Shown: positions 1 to 7,593 of the stretch, piece after piece
Layout: each line of letters opens with the position of its first letter
Position numbering within the stretch: the first letter of the stretch is position 1
Source: an uncultured Gemmatimonadales bacterium
GTDB taxonomy: Bacteria > Gemmatimonadota > Gemmatimonadetes > Gemmatimonadales > GWC2-71-9
Assembly: GCA_963788625.1 (NCBI GenBank)
Contig: CAWBHB010000001.1
Span: 826,020 to 850,019, forward strand
Length of the DNA stretch: 24,000 bases
Direction: 5' to 3'
Notes under the pieces: model-generated
Database searches by the model: none
What the model was told of the DNA's origin: nothing
What the model saw: only the letters and a program-made list of their open reading frames with translations
Translations under genes and position numbers: made by a program

Positions 1-497
1 TCTCGGTGGGGAGATCCACGTCCTTCACCTCCACGGCCGATACCTTGATGCCCCACGCATCGGTCCGCTCGTCGATGATCTTCTTGAGGATGGCGTTGAT
101 CTTTTCCCGGTCGGCCAGCAGCTCGTCCAGCTCGGTCTCGCCCAGCACCGCCCGCAGCGTGGTCTGCGCCAGCTGGCTGGTGGCGTAGAGATAGTTCTCG
201 ATCTCGATGATGGCACTCCGCGGTGAGTTCACCTTCATGTACAGCACCGCGTTCACCTTGACCGAGACGTTGTCCCGGGTGATCACGTCCTGCGGCGGAA
301 TGTCGAGCGCCACGATCCGGAGCGACACCCGCTTCATGTGGGCCAGCCCCAGCGGCACGAAAGTGAGCCCCGGGCCCGCGTTCCCCGGTGAACTTGCCGA
401 GGAAGAAGTTGACCCCGCGCTCGTACTGCTTGAGCACGCGAAGGCTGCCGAGGCAGTAGGCGACGGCGAGGATGGCGAGAGCGGGGAGGATTTCCAT
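1..497 (-). CDS. SPFH/band-7 (stomatin-like) membrane protein; 3' end lies outside the window; frame broken once as sequenced
   Basis: Minus-strand translation from ATG 497 gives [43 protein letters not shown]. After a 1-nt shift in the C4 run at 368-371 it continues [46 protein letters not shown]...[46 protein letters not shown]. It has an N-terminal TM helix plus typical SPFH core motifs and runs off the left edge. Confidence 0.8.
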   Translation of the reverse strand, partial: MEILPALAILAVAYCLGSLRVLKQYERGVNFFLGKFTGERGPGAHFRAAGAGPHEAGVAPDRGARHSAAGRDHPGQRLGQGERGAVHEGELTAECHHRDRELSLRHQPAGADHAAGGAGRDRAGRAAGRPGKDQRHPQEDHRRADRCVGHQGIGRGGEGRGSPHR

Positions 498-506
498 GGG
501 ACTCCA

Positions 507-583
507 GAGATTGAAGATTCAGATTCAGATTGAGAGCAGATGTCGACCTCCTCAATCTGCAATCGAAATCTCAATCTGAAATG
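507..583. repeat. Imperfect hairpin built from AGATTSA-type heptamers between the thiolase stop and the SPFH start
   Basis: The left arm gagattgaagattcagattcagattgagagcagatg (507-542) is largely complementary to the right arm ctcaatctgcaatcgaaatctcaatctgaaatg (551-583). It has the same heptamer-array architecture as the other intergenic elements in the window. Confidence 0.5.
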
Positions 584-1786
584 CCTCCACGATCACCGCC
601 GCCCCCTGTCCGCCCCCGATGCACGCGCTGCCCAGGCCGAACCGCTTCCCCCGGCGCCGCAGCGCGTGCAGCAGGTGCAGCGTGATGCGGGTGCCGCTCG
701 CCGCGAGCGGATGGCCGATCGCGATGGCGCCGCCGTCCACGTTGGTGCGATTCCGGTCGAGCCCCAGCTCCTTCTCGACCGCGACGTACTGCGCCGAGAA
801 CGCCTCGTTCACCTCGACCAGGTCCATCTGCTCCAGCTTCATTCCCGCCTTGGCGAGCGCCTTGCGCGCGGCAGGCGCCGGACCGATGCCCATGTACTTG
901 GGCTCGACACCGGCGACGCCCCAGGCCACCAGCCGGCCGATCGGCTTGAGCTTCTTCGCGGCATCGCGTCGTCTCGCCGGCGATCACCACCGCGGCGCCG
1001 CCGTCGCAGATGCCGGAGGCATTTCCCGCCGTGACCACGCCGTCCTTCTTGAAGTACGGCGGCAGCTTGGCCAGCCCCTCGGCGGTGGTGTCGGGGCGCA
1101 TGTGCTCGTCGGCGCGTCCAAGGCTCGTCCTGCCGGGTCTTCCGGTTTCGGATCATGACCGGCACGACTTCGTCCTTGAAACGCACTGCTTGCCCACGCC
1201 TCCTTGGCTCGCTGCTGGCTCATGAGCGCGTAGGCGTCCACCTCCTCGCGGGCAGATCTTGTACTTGTCGGCCAGGTTCTCGGCGGTTTCCGCCATGGAG
1301 AAGCCGCACTGGGGATCCTTGAGCGATTCCCAGAGCAGGTCTTCAAAGGGCGGCGCCGGGCCCGAGCCGCAGTCCCCAGCGCGCGCCGCGCACCACGTGC
1401 GGCGCCTGGCTCATCGACTCGGCGCCTCCGGCGAGAACGACGTTCGACTCGCCGAGCAGAATCTGCTGCGCGCCCTGGATGATGGACTCGAAGCCGGAAC
1501 CGCAGAGCCGGTTCACGGTGACCGCGGGAGTCTCGATGGGGAGGCCCGACTTGAGGGCGACGTGCCGCGCCATGTAGATGGCGTCGGCGCTGGTCTGCAG
1601 CGCGTTGCCGAAGACGACGTGGTCGACCTGGCCCGGTTCCACCCTGGCCCGCTCGAGCGCCGCCTTCGCGGCCACGACACCGAGGTCGATTGCGGAAAGG
1701 TCCTTGAGGGTGCCGCCGAACGAGCCGAAGCCGGTCCGGGTCCCGGAGAGGAAGAGCACGTCCTGCTGGTGCCCCTGGGTCTTCAT
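552..1786 (-). pseudogene. Acetyl-CoA acetyltransferase (thiolase), at least 5 frame changes as sequenced
   Basis: Minus-strand pieces in different frames together spell a complete thiolase: MKTQGHQQDVLFLSGTRTGFGSFGG...VNRLCGSGFESIIQG...GGAESMSQAP (1343..1786), [106 protein letters not shown], and [18 protein letters not shown]...NEAFSAQY...[14 protein letters not shown]...CIGGGQG (552..929). The frame switches lie near 1346, 1260, 1190, 1120 and 970. Confidence 0.85.
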
Positions 1787-1892
1787 GGAGAACTGCTCCC
1801 TATATAAGGAAGGGGGCGGAAATATGGGGGGCTGCGTGGGGAGATTGTAGGCCGGTTCTAAGTCGTAGAGGACGTTGAGCTTAGGTGTCGGG

Positions 1893-1922
1893 TAGTAGGG
1901 AGTAGGGAGTAGGGAGTAGGGG
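1893..1922. repeat. Tandem heptamer array (GTAGGGA x4)
   Basis: Direct read: gtagtagggagtagggagtagggagtaggg. The reverse-complement version (ccctact) recurs at 5591-5615. Confidence 0.8.
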
Positions 1923-2024
1923 CGAGGAAGGTGAGGGGCGACCAAGCGAAATCGGGCAATCCAGATTCCCAACAAGGAACTGCTTACCGCGGATGTCGCG
2001 GAAACACGCGGAGGACGCCCAAAA

Positions 2025-2147
2025 GCGTGAGAAGTAAGATTGAGAGGTGAAAGGGAAAAGCATGAAGGCAGCCAGTTTGGCAACCCCCTTCTCACTTCTC
2101 ACGTCTCACTTCTCACGTTTGTCCCTTCTCACTTCTTACTTCTCACG
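2025..2147. repeat. 123-bp palindromic heptamer-array element (GTGAGAA arms plus a ~35-bp core), orientation A
   Basis: gcgtgagaagtaaga...gggaaaagcatgaaggcagccagtttggcaaccccc...ttctcacttctcacgtctcacttctcacg...tcttacttctcacg. The reverse complement of 2084-2147 matches 3469-3532 at 62/64 positions. It is preceded by a conserved segment (1966-2024) that is shared with 3404-3467. Confidence 0.85.
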
Positions 2148-2181
2148 TTTTTCGGGGGTCTAGGAACGGGAAAGCGGGTGA

Positions 2182-2234
2182 GATTGCCACGGCCCCTTCT
2201 CTCGCTGCGCTCGCGAAGGGGGCCTCGCAATGAC
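2182..2234. repeat. REP-like palindrome ATTGCCACGGCCCCTTC...GAAGGGGGCCTCGCAATGAC
   Basis: gattgccacggccccttctctcgctgcgctcgcgaagggggcctcgcaatgac. A longer copy lies at 5514-5590 and a right-half copy (gggggacctcgcaatgac) at 6872-6889. Confidence 0.75.
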
Positions 2235-2319
2235 ACAACTCCGCAACCCACAACCGAACAACCCACTCCCCACCACCCGTCGCCTCGTCGCCTGTCGGCC
2301 TGCCGTCTTCCCGTCTCTC

Positions 2320-3345
2320 TCACGGCTCGAGGACCAGAAGCACAAACGTCCCCGGCACGATGCTCGGTCGCGGATGCGGACGTTCGGCGGTCGGAGCGGG
2401 CGTCGCCCCGTATTCGGCGCTGGCGGTATAGATGCGATGGGTCTTCTCGTCCAGCGTCATGGTGCGCGCGCCTCGCTTGGTGGCGACGTTCGCGACCACA
2501 TGGAAGGAATCGGGGCTGTCTTCCTTGATCACTGTCACGGTACCCTCGCCGTTCGAGGAAAAGGCGAGCTGGGCACCGGGATCGAAGGCGCAACCATCCA
2601 CACCCTGGCCGATCGGGAGCGTCGTGATGAGACGACCGTTCGTCGCGTCGGAGATCGCCATGACCTGATTGCTGCACCCGCTGAAGAGCCGGTGGTGAGC
2701 CCGGTCAATCGCGAGACCGGTCGGCTCCTCGCACGGGGCGAGAGACCAGCGGCGGGTCACCTTCATGGCCGCGGCGTCGATCTGGGCAATCTCGGTCTTG
2801 TCTTCCAGGTTGACGAACAGCGTGCCGTCTCCGGACCAGACCCCGAATTCGGGTTGCCCGCCGAGGTCAATGGTGCCGATCACCGCACCCGAGGCGGGAT
2901 CGATCGCGGTGAAGGAGTTGGCCGTGTCATTGAAGGAGAAGACGCGGCCCGACGCCGGGTCGTAGAGAATGGCGTCGGCATCGTCGGCGGCCGTCGTCTT
3001 CTTGAGCACCTGGTAGGTCTTGAGGTCGAACATGGTGACGCTGCTGTCGCGGCCCGAGGTGGCGAAGCCGTGTCCCTCGGCCAGGGCGAGGGCCACGCCA
3101 TGGGCGCCATTCAGCCCCGGGATCTGGCCCAGCAGGGCACCGCTCTCGGCATCAACCACCAGCACCTGGGTCGAGTGGGCGATGAACAGCCGGTGAGCGG
3201 TGCTGTCGAAGGTCAGATAGTCCCAGCCCCCGTCCCCGACCAGCGGAACGGTCCGGGCGAGGTGGTAGGATTGAGCGTGGAGCGGGAGGGAGAGGGCGCT
3301 GAGGAGCAGCGCGGCGCAAGCGAGCCTGCGGGAGAGTTTGGTCAT
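2320..3345 (-). CDS. Secreted YncE-like / YVTN-repeat beta-propeller protein
   Basis: Intact ORF. It has a signal peptide (MTKLSRRLACAALLLSALSLPLHAQ), then GDGGWDYLTFD..HRLFIAHS...VVDAESG...GAHGVA and repeated propeller-blade motifs up to IYTASAEYG. ATG 3345 is preferred over the upstream TTG at 3357. Confidence 0.85.
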   Translation of the reverse strand: MTKLSRRLACAALLLSALSLPLHAQSYHLARTVPLVGDGGWDYLTFDSTAHRLFIAHSTQVLVVDAESGALLGQIPGLNGAHGVALALAEGHGFATSGRDSSVTMFDLKTYQVLKKTTAADDADAILYDPASGRVFSFNDTANSFTAIDPASGAVIGTIDLGGQPEFGVWSGDGTLFVNLEDKTEIAQIDAAAMKVTRRWSLAPCEEPTGLAIDRAHHRLFSGCSNQVMAISDATNGRLITTLPIGQGVDGCAFDPGAQLAFSSNGEGTVTVIKEDSPDSFHVVANVATKRGARTMTLDEKTHRIYTASAEYGATPAPTAERPHPRPSIVPGTFVLLVLEP

Positions 3346-3467
3346 AGAGCGCAACAATACTTACTGGAGATTACCGCGGGATGTTGGTCGCCACCCTGGG
3401 CATCCCAACAGGTGGGGAAACCGCTTACCGCGGAGGACGCGGAGACAGGCGGAGAAGCAGCCCAAGA

Positions 3468-3591
3468 GCGTGAGAAGTAAGAAGTGAGAAGGGACAAGCG
3501 TGAGAAGTGAGACGTGAGAAGTGAGAAGGGGCTTGCCGAGCTGGCGCCTTCATGCTTTTCCTTCTCACTTCTCACTTCTTACTTCTCACGC
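3468..3591. repeat. 124-bp palindromic heptamer-array element, orientation B (inverted relative to 2025-2147)
   Basis: gcgtgagaagtaagaagtgagaagggacaagcgtgagaagtgagacgtgagaagtgagaaggggcttgccgagctggcgccttcatgcttttccttctcacttctcacttcttacttctcacgc. The whole module is the reverse complement of 2025-2147, while the left-flanking conserved segment 3404-3467 keeps the same orientation as 1966-2024. Confidence 0.85.
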
Positions 3592-3661
3592 TTTTCTCCG
3601 CTTCCCGTCTCCCGCCCCCGCCGAAAGCAGGTTAAGCTAGGCCACCTCCATCCTCGCTCAT

Positions 3662-4720
3662 ATGGCAACCTCGCGCATGGCGAGCGTCCTGACCGCCGTG
3701 GCATGCGGCGGCGCAGCCCTCGCCCTCATGGGTGCGATCGCGCCCCTCCAGGCTCAGAAGACCGACGTTGTGGTGCTCATCAACGGGAATCGGATCACCG
3801 GAGAGGTCAAGGACCTGTCGCACGGCAAGCTCGACTACTCCACCGACGACATGGGGCGTCTTTCGATCGAGTGGACCAAGGTCGTTCGGCTCAGCAGCCC
3901 CAGACCGTTCGAAGCTGACACTCAAGTCGGGGCAGAAACTCTTCGGCTCCCTGATCCAGGGCGCCCAGGACGGGACCCTCGCGATCTCCGGCCCCGCGGT
4001 CAACAGGTGCCCGTCGGGGAGGTGGTCGGGTGGCTACGGTCGACCAGCGGTTCTGGCTCCGGCTCCACGGCAGCGTCGATGTGGGATTCACCTACGCCAA
4101 GGCGAATGACAACGTGCAGCTCAGCTCGGTGGCGATATCAGGTACCGGGCGCCGCACTTCGAGACCTACACTCCAGTTCAGCACCTATCTGCAGGACCAG
4201 TCCGACTCGGACCCGATCACCGAGAACAACGTGAGCGTCGGGGCCCAGCGGGATGTTGGGCCGGCACTGGAGTGCGGGCGTGCTGGGCCAGTGGCAGCAG
4301 AACGACGAGCTGGATCTGGCCCTTCGCAGCACGCTGGGAGCGGTGGCCATGCGGACCCTGGTCGAGAACAACCGGGAGGAGATCCGGATACCGGTCGGGC
4401 TGGTGGTCAACCTGGAAAAATTCTACAGCAGCGATTCGAGCCTCACGTCGCTGGAAGCGCTGCTGGGCATCGACGTCGTCGCCTTCCGGTTCGACTCTCC
4501 CAAGCTCGACTTCTCCGGGTCGGCCAAGGGCTTCCCCAGCCTGACCGAGGCGGGGCGGTTTCGGGCCCAGGTCGAGCTCAGGGTCAAGTACGAGCTGTTC
4601 CACGATTTCTTCCTGGGCGCCCGGCTCTCCGATTCCTACGACAGCGACCCCCCCCAGTCGGGTGCGGCGAAGAACGACGTGACGACGGCGTTGACGATTG
4701 GGTGGTCGTTCAATGAGTAG
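3662..4720 (+). pseudogene. DUF481-like (YdiY-type) outer-membrane beta-barrel protein, about 6 frame changes as sequenced
   Basis: Signal peptide MATSRMASVLTAVACGGAALALMGAIAPLQAQ, then KTDVVVLINGNRITGEVKDLSHGKLDYSTDDMGRLSIEWTKVV. Pieces continue in other frames: TLKSGQKLFGSLIQGAQDGTLAISGP, GQQVPVGEVVG, ATVDQRFWLRLHGSVDVGFTYAKANDNVQLSS, GGDIRYRAPHFETYT, LQFSTYLQDQSDSDPITENNVSVGAQR, and MLGRHWSAGVLGQWQQNDELDLALR...TTALTIGWSFNE. The switches lie near 3912, 3993 (C4 run), 4029 (G3 run), 4128, 4171 and 4250. The net shift is zero (1059 nt). Confidence 0.75.
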
Positions 4721-4758
4721 GACGGACAGGGCGTCAGGGCGGGCGGGGCGGACGAAAA

Positions 4759-4998
4759 GCGTGAGAAGTAAGAAGTGAGAGGTGAGAGGGGAAAAGCGTG
4801 AGACGTGAGAGGTGAGAAGTGAGAAGGTAGCCGAAGCCGTGATCACCTCATCCCGAGCGAAGCGAGGGATCCCAACCTCCTTACCTTGGCGCCAAGGTTA
4901 GGATAGCTCGGTCCCTCGCTTTGCTCGGAATGACAGTGCTTTTCCCGTCGTCCGTTTCCTGTCTTCCGTCTTCCGTTCCCGTCTTCCGTCTCCCGTCT
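4759..4998. repeat. Composite intergenic element: GTGAGAR heptamer array, a split core with a nested 84-bp palindrome (4851-4934), then a CGTCTYC heptamer array
   Basis: 4759-4826 is gtgagaagtaagaagtgagaggtgagagg...gtgagaagtgagaag. 4851-4934 is tcccgagcgaagcgaggga...ccttaccttggcgccaaggttagg...tccctcgctttgctcggaatgac (long hairpin). 4935-4998 is agtgcttttccc followed by cgtcttc/cgtctcc repeats. The core halves resemble the uninterrupted core at 22141-22178. Confidence 0.7.
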
Positions 4999-5472
4999 AC
5001 TGCTTTCTGGGATCGTCGGCCGGATTGACGTACGTCACCCCCCACGGCCCTATCGCGTGCACCTGCACGATGGTCTCTCCCTCGCTCCAGGCGAAGTGGT
5101 GGGTTCCCGCCGGCATCACGACATAGCTGCCGGCCGGCAGAGTGGTTCCCGCTCCGGTGTCGAACTTGTCTCCCACGCCCATGTGGAAGGTGCCGGAGAT
5201 TATGGTGATGTGCTCGTCCACCGGATGGAAGTGCGGCTTGATCTGGTAGCCGTCCGGCATCTTGAGCCGATAGGTGAAGAGGCCCTTCGCCTTGATGTCT
5301 CCCTCGATCACCGCGAACTGGGCGCCCTTGGGGAGGGAGGCGGGACCGTCGCCCCACTGGATCTGGTCCTGGGTGAGCATCGTGCGGCGAGCCGGTTGGT
5401 CCTGAGCTGGATACTGTGCCGCCAGGACCGACGCCGTCGCGAGTAATACTGTGGTTGCGATATTGCTTTCAT
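4997..5472 (-). CDS. Secreted cupin-domain protein; one frame break in a homopolymer just after the start codon
   Basis: AGGAGG lies 6 nt upstream of ATG 5472. As sequenced, ATGAAAGCAAT reads MKAISQ... out of frame. One extra A in the A3 run (plus-strand T run 5467-5469) gives MKSNIATTVLLATASVLAAQ (signal peptide) continuous with ...IKPHFHPVDEHITIISGTFHMGVGD...GSYVVMPAGTHHFAW (cupin motifs). 476 nt plus 1 equals 159 codons. Confidence 0.8.
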
Positions 5473-5513
5473 AACGTACCTCCTGCGCTGCTCCACTTGC
5501 TGTCACTGCGAGC

Positions 5514-5668
5514 CATTGCCACGGCCCCTTCGCTCGTTGCTCCTTCGCGCTGCTCAGGACGGCGCCTCGCTCAGGGGGCCTCGCAATGACGTCTACTACC
5601 CACTCCCTACTCCCCACAACCCGTCCGCGGTCTCCCTCCTCACTCCTCACTCCTCACTCCTTACTCTC
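5514..5668. repeat. REP-like palindrome (5514-5590) followed by CCCTACT and CCTCACT heptamer arrays (5591-5668)
   Basis: cattgccacggccccttcgctcg...cagggggcctcgcaatgac, then ctactacccactccctactcccc and cctcactcctcactcctcactccttact. Confidence 0.7.
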
Positions 5669-6086
5669 CCCCACTCACGACCGCGGCAGGAAGGGTTAGT
5701 TCCGCCTCATCACCGGAGAAGATGACAAAGGCCGTCACCATAGTGAGGACGGCGCCGCCCGCGAAGCCGATGGTCCTGGCCGTGTTGAACTCCGGTCGGG
5801 CCAAGCTCCGGATCTCCGCCAGCGGCAGTCCGCGCCGCACCTCGGGTTCTGCCCGGCTCTTCACCCCGATCAGCGAGTCATTCTGGACCACGGGGTCGTG
5901 CAGCCAGTAACGGTGCCCGGCGGTGTCGGTGACTTGGAGATCGGCGGTCGGGTGGGCTTCGAGGTACTGACTGAGCTGGACCGCGTCGGGTGCGACCGTC
6001 ACGGGATGGTTGGTGGTGCAGGCGAGGGCCAGGCCCAGTGGAGCTATTGAGGGCCAGCGTACGATGTGGCGCAGGTGTTTGCCCAT
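5661..6086 (-). CDS. Hypothetical exported/lipoprotein-like protein with a C-terminal TM helix
   Basis: ATG 6086 gives MGKHLRHIVRWPSIAPLGLALAC (signal with an imperfect lipobox) and a C-terminal hydrophobic stretch TIGFAGGAVLTMVTAFVIF. I recognise no family. The 3' tail runs into the heptamer repeat. Confidence 0.55.
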   Translation of the reverse strand: MGKHLRHIVRWPSIAPLGLALACTTNHPVTVAPDAVQLSQYLEAHPTADLQVTDTAGHRYWLHDPVVQNDSLIGVKSRAEPEVRRGLPLAEIRSLARPEFNTARTIGFAGGAVLTMVTAFVIFSGDEAELTLPAAVVSGGE

Positions 6087-6253
6087 GCTTGAGTATTCAG
6101 CCTCGGGCCGAACCTGGCAATTCGCCGTCATGGCACTATGCTCGGCCCTTCGCCTTGCCACGACCTAACCCCCGGTCCCCCTTCCTATCCAGCCCCCTCG
6201 CTACGCTCGGGGCGACTTCGTCGCCTATTGGGAAGGGGGGACCGCAACCCCTA

Positions 6254-6292
6254 TCATTCCGAGCCGAGCCGCTCCCTCGCTCCGCTCGGGAC
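6254..6292. repeat. Palindromic TCATTCCGAGC...GCTCGG element (same family as the nested element at 4851-4934)
   Basis: tcattccgagccgagccgctccctcgctccgctcgggac. Compare the reverse complement of 4910-4934, gtcattccgagcaaagcgagggacc. Confidence 0.55.
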
Positions 6293-6364
6293 AAGCTTGC
6301 CGCCGAGCCGCCGAGCCGCCGGTCCGACCGCCCGCCAGCCGGCTCGTCAGCTTCAAGCCCCAGG

Positions 6365-6817
6365 TCAGGCGGTGCGCCACCAACGCCCCGCGCGCCACGT
6401 GCTCAGGCTGAACAGAATGGCGCCAAGATAAAACCACGGTTCCCAGATCCCCATGACCGCGAAACGAAACCGGCCCGTTGCGACCAGATAGCCGGTTTGG
6501 ACCAGACTGGCCACAGACCGGAGCACCAGGAGTGCCGAGCCAACCCACGCAAGCGTGTGTATGAGGCGCCGCGGCATGTGCCGGCCCCACGACATGACGG
6601 GCGCCAGAGCGACCGGTACCGCGATGACACACATGGCGGCTACCACCACATCGTAAGCCCATTTCCAAGGGGTTGCGAACGCGATCCGCGCCTGCTCGGC
6701 ATCCAACAGCGGGTACCAGCCGGCGGCCCAGACAATGTGGAAAGCGGCAAACACCAGCGCCCACAACGCAGCGGCATAGGCCACCCACGTCCCGCCGACC
6801 TGCTGCGAATCATTCAC
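6365..6817 (-). CDS. DUF3995-like integral membrane protein
   Basis: Intact 150-aa ORF with 4 predicted TM helices and the motif AAFHIVWAAGWYPLL, which is typical of that family as I recall it. Confidence 0.7.
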   Translation of the reverse strand: MNDSQQVGGTWVAYAAALWALVFAAFHIVWAAGWYPLLDAEQARIAFATPWKWAYDVVVAAMCVIAVPVALAPVMSWGRHMPRRLIHTLAWVGSALLVLRSVASLVQTGYLVATGRFRFAVMGIWEPWFYLGAILFSLSTWRAGRWWRTA

Positions 6818-6954
6818 AGGTGAGTGTCCTGTCCGCCGAGCTCCATGCCGAGCCCGGACTCGTTGTCACTCGGGGGACCTCGCAATGACTGCGCCGTGGA
6901 GAACCGCTCCGTAGTGCCGGATGTGACCCTGCCGGTCGTGGGGTCGAGCGGCCG

Positions 6955-7479
6955 CTAGGGAACGTACCGCGCCACCGCCATCATAACCGTCGCCGTCACC
7001 AGCAGGACGACTCCGATCCGGCTCGCGAGGGTGATCCGGGTCTGCAGCCGACCCAGCTCGGCCCGCTCACTCTCCGTCGGCGCGCGACCGGCGGCCTGGA
7101 TCGATCCGGCGAGGGAGCCCATGCGCTTGGCAGCGGGTGAGTTGATGGTAAGCCCGAGTATCAGGGTGATTATCGCGAGCAGGCCGCCCAACCCGAAGAT
7201 CATGCCCTGATGGCTGGTCGCCCAGCGGCCGGACGAGGCGCTGGAGTCCATTCCGTAGAGTGCGAGTCCTGATACGACGTTGGTCAGGGCCACCCCAATC
7301 ATGTAGGCCGGCAGGCGGCGTACTTGGGTGAGGTGCTGCATGAGCTGGCCCCCCGCAGGACCGAGGGCCTGGACCGTCGGTATCAGGAATCGGCCGGTGA
7401 AGAGCACGGCGCCGACCCACGCCGCGCCGGCCACAATGTGAATCGCGCGGAGCAGGGCGAAGAGCGTCAGGGTGGACAT
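6955..7479 (-). CDS. Hypothetical 4-TM membrane protein
   Basis: ATG 7479 gives MSTLTLFALLRAIHIVAGAAWVGAVLF... There are four hydrophobic helices and a coding-like GC3 bias. I recognise no family. Confidence 0.65.
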   Translation of the reverse strand: MSTLTLFALLRAIHIVAGAAWVGAVLFTGRFLIPTVQALGPAGGQLMQHLTQVRRLPAYMIGVALTNVVSGLALYGMDSSASSGRWATSHQGMIFGLGGLLAIITLILGLTINSPAAKRMGSLAGSIQAAGRAPTESERAELGRLQTRITLASRIGVVLLVTATVMMAVARYVP

Positions 7480-7593
7480 GGAGAGCGAACCTGGCGTTGA
7501 GTGTGGCCAGGTCAATGTTGTCCTGGCTGGTCCATGCGCTGGCTATGCAGCGCCATCGCTCTTCAGAAGCTCATTGATCCACGCAAGCAGATC

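Noticed and set aside
552-1786. Programmed ribosomal frameshifting or recoding as the explanation for the multi-frame thiolase (and the DUF481-like gene)
   Set aside because: There are five to six shifts in both directions without slippery heptamers or stimulatory structures. Thiolases are not known to be recoded. Indel error or gene decay is far more likely.
2230-3480. 416-aa plus-strand ORF
   Set aside because: It is antisense to the well-supported YncE-like propeller gene. Its composition is Arg/Gly/Ala-rich with no motifs, typical of shadow ORFs in high-GC DNA.
3514-3918. ORFs beginning MRSEKG... and containing LLTSHFS repeats (also 1881..2102, 3342..3575, 21919..22278 and 23601..23969)
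   Set aside because: They are translations of the GTGAGAA/TTCTCAC heptamer arrays in intergenic palindromes, so they are not genes.
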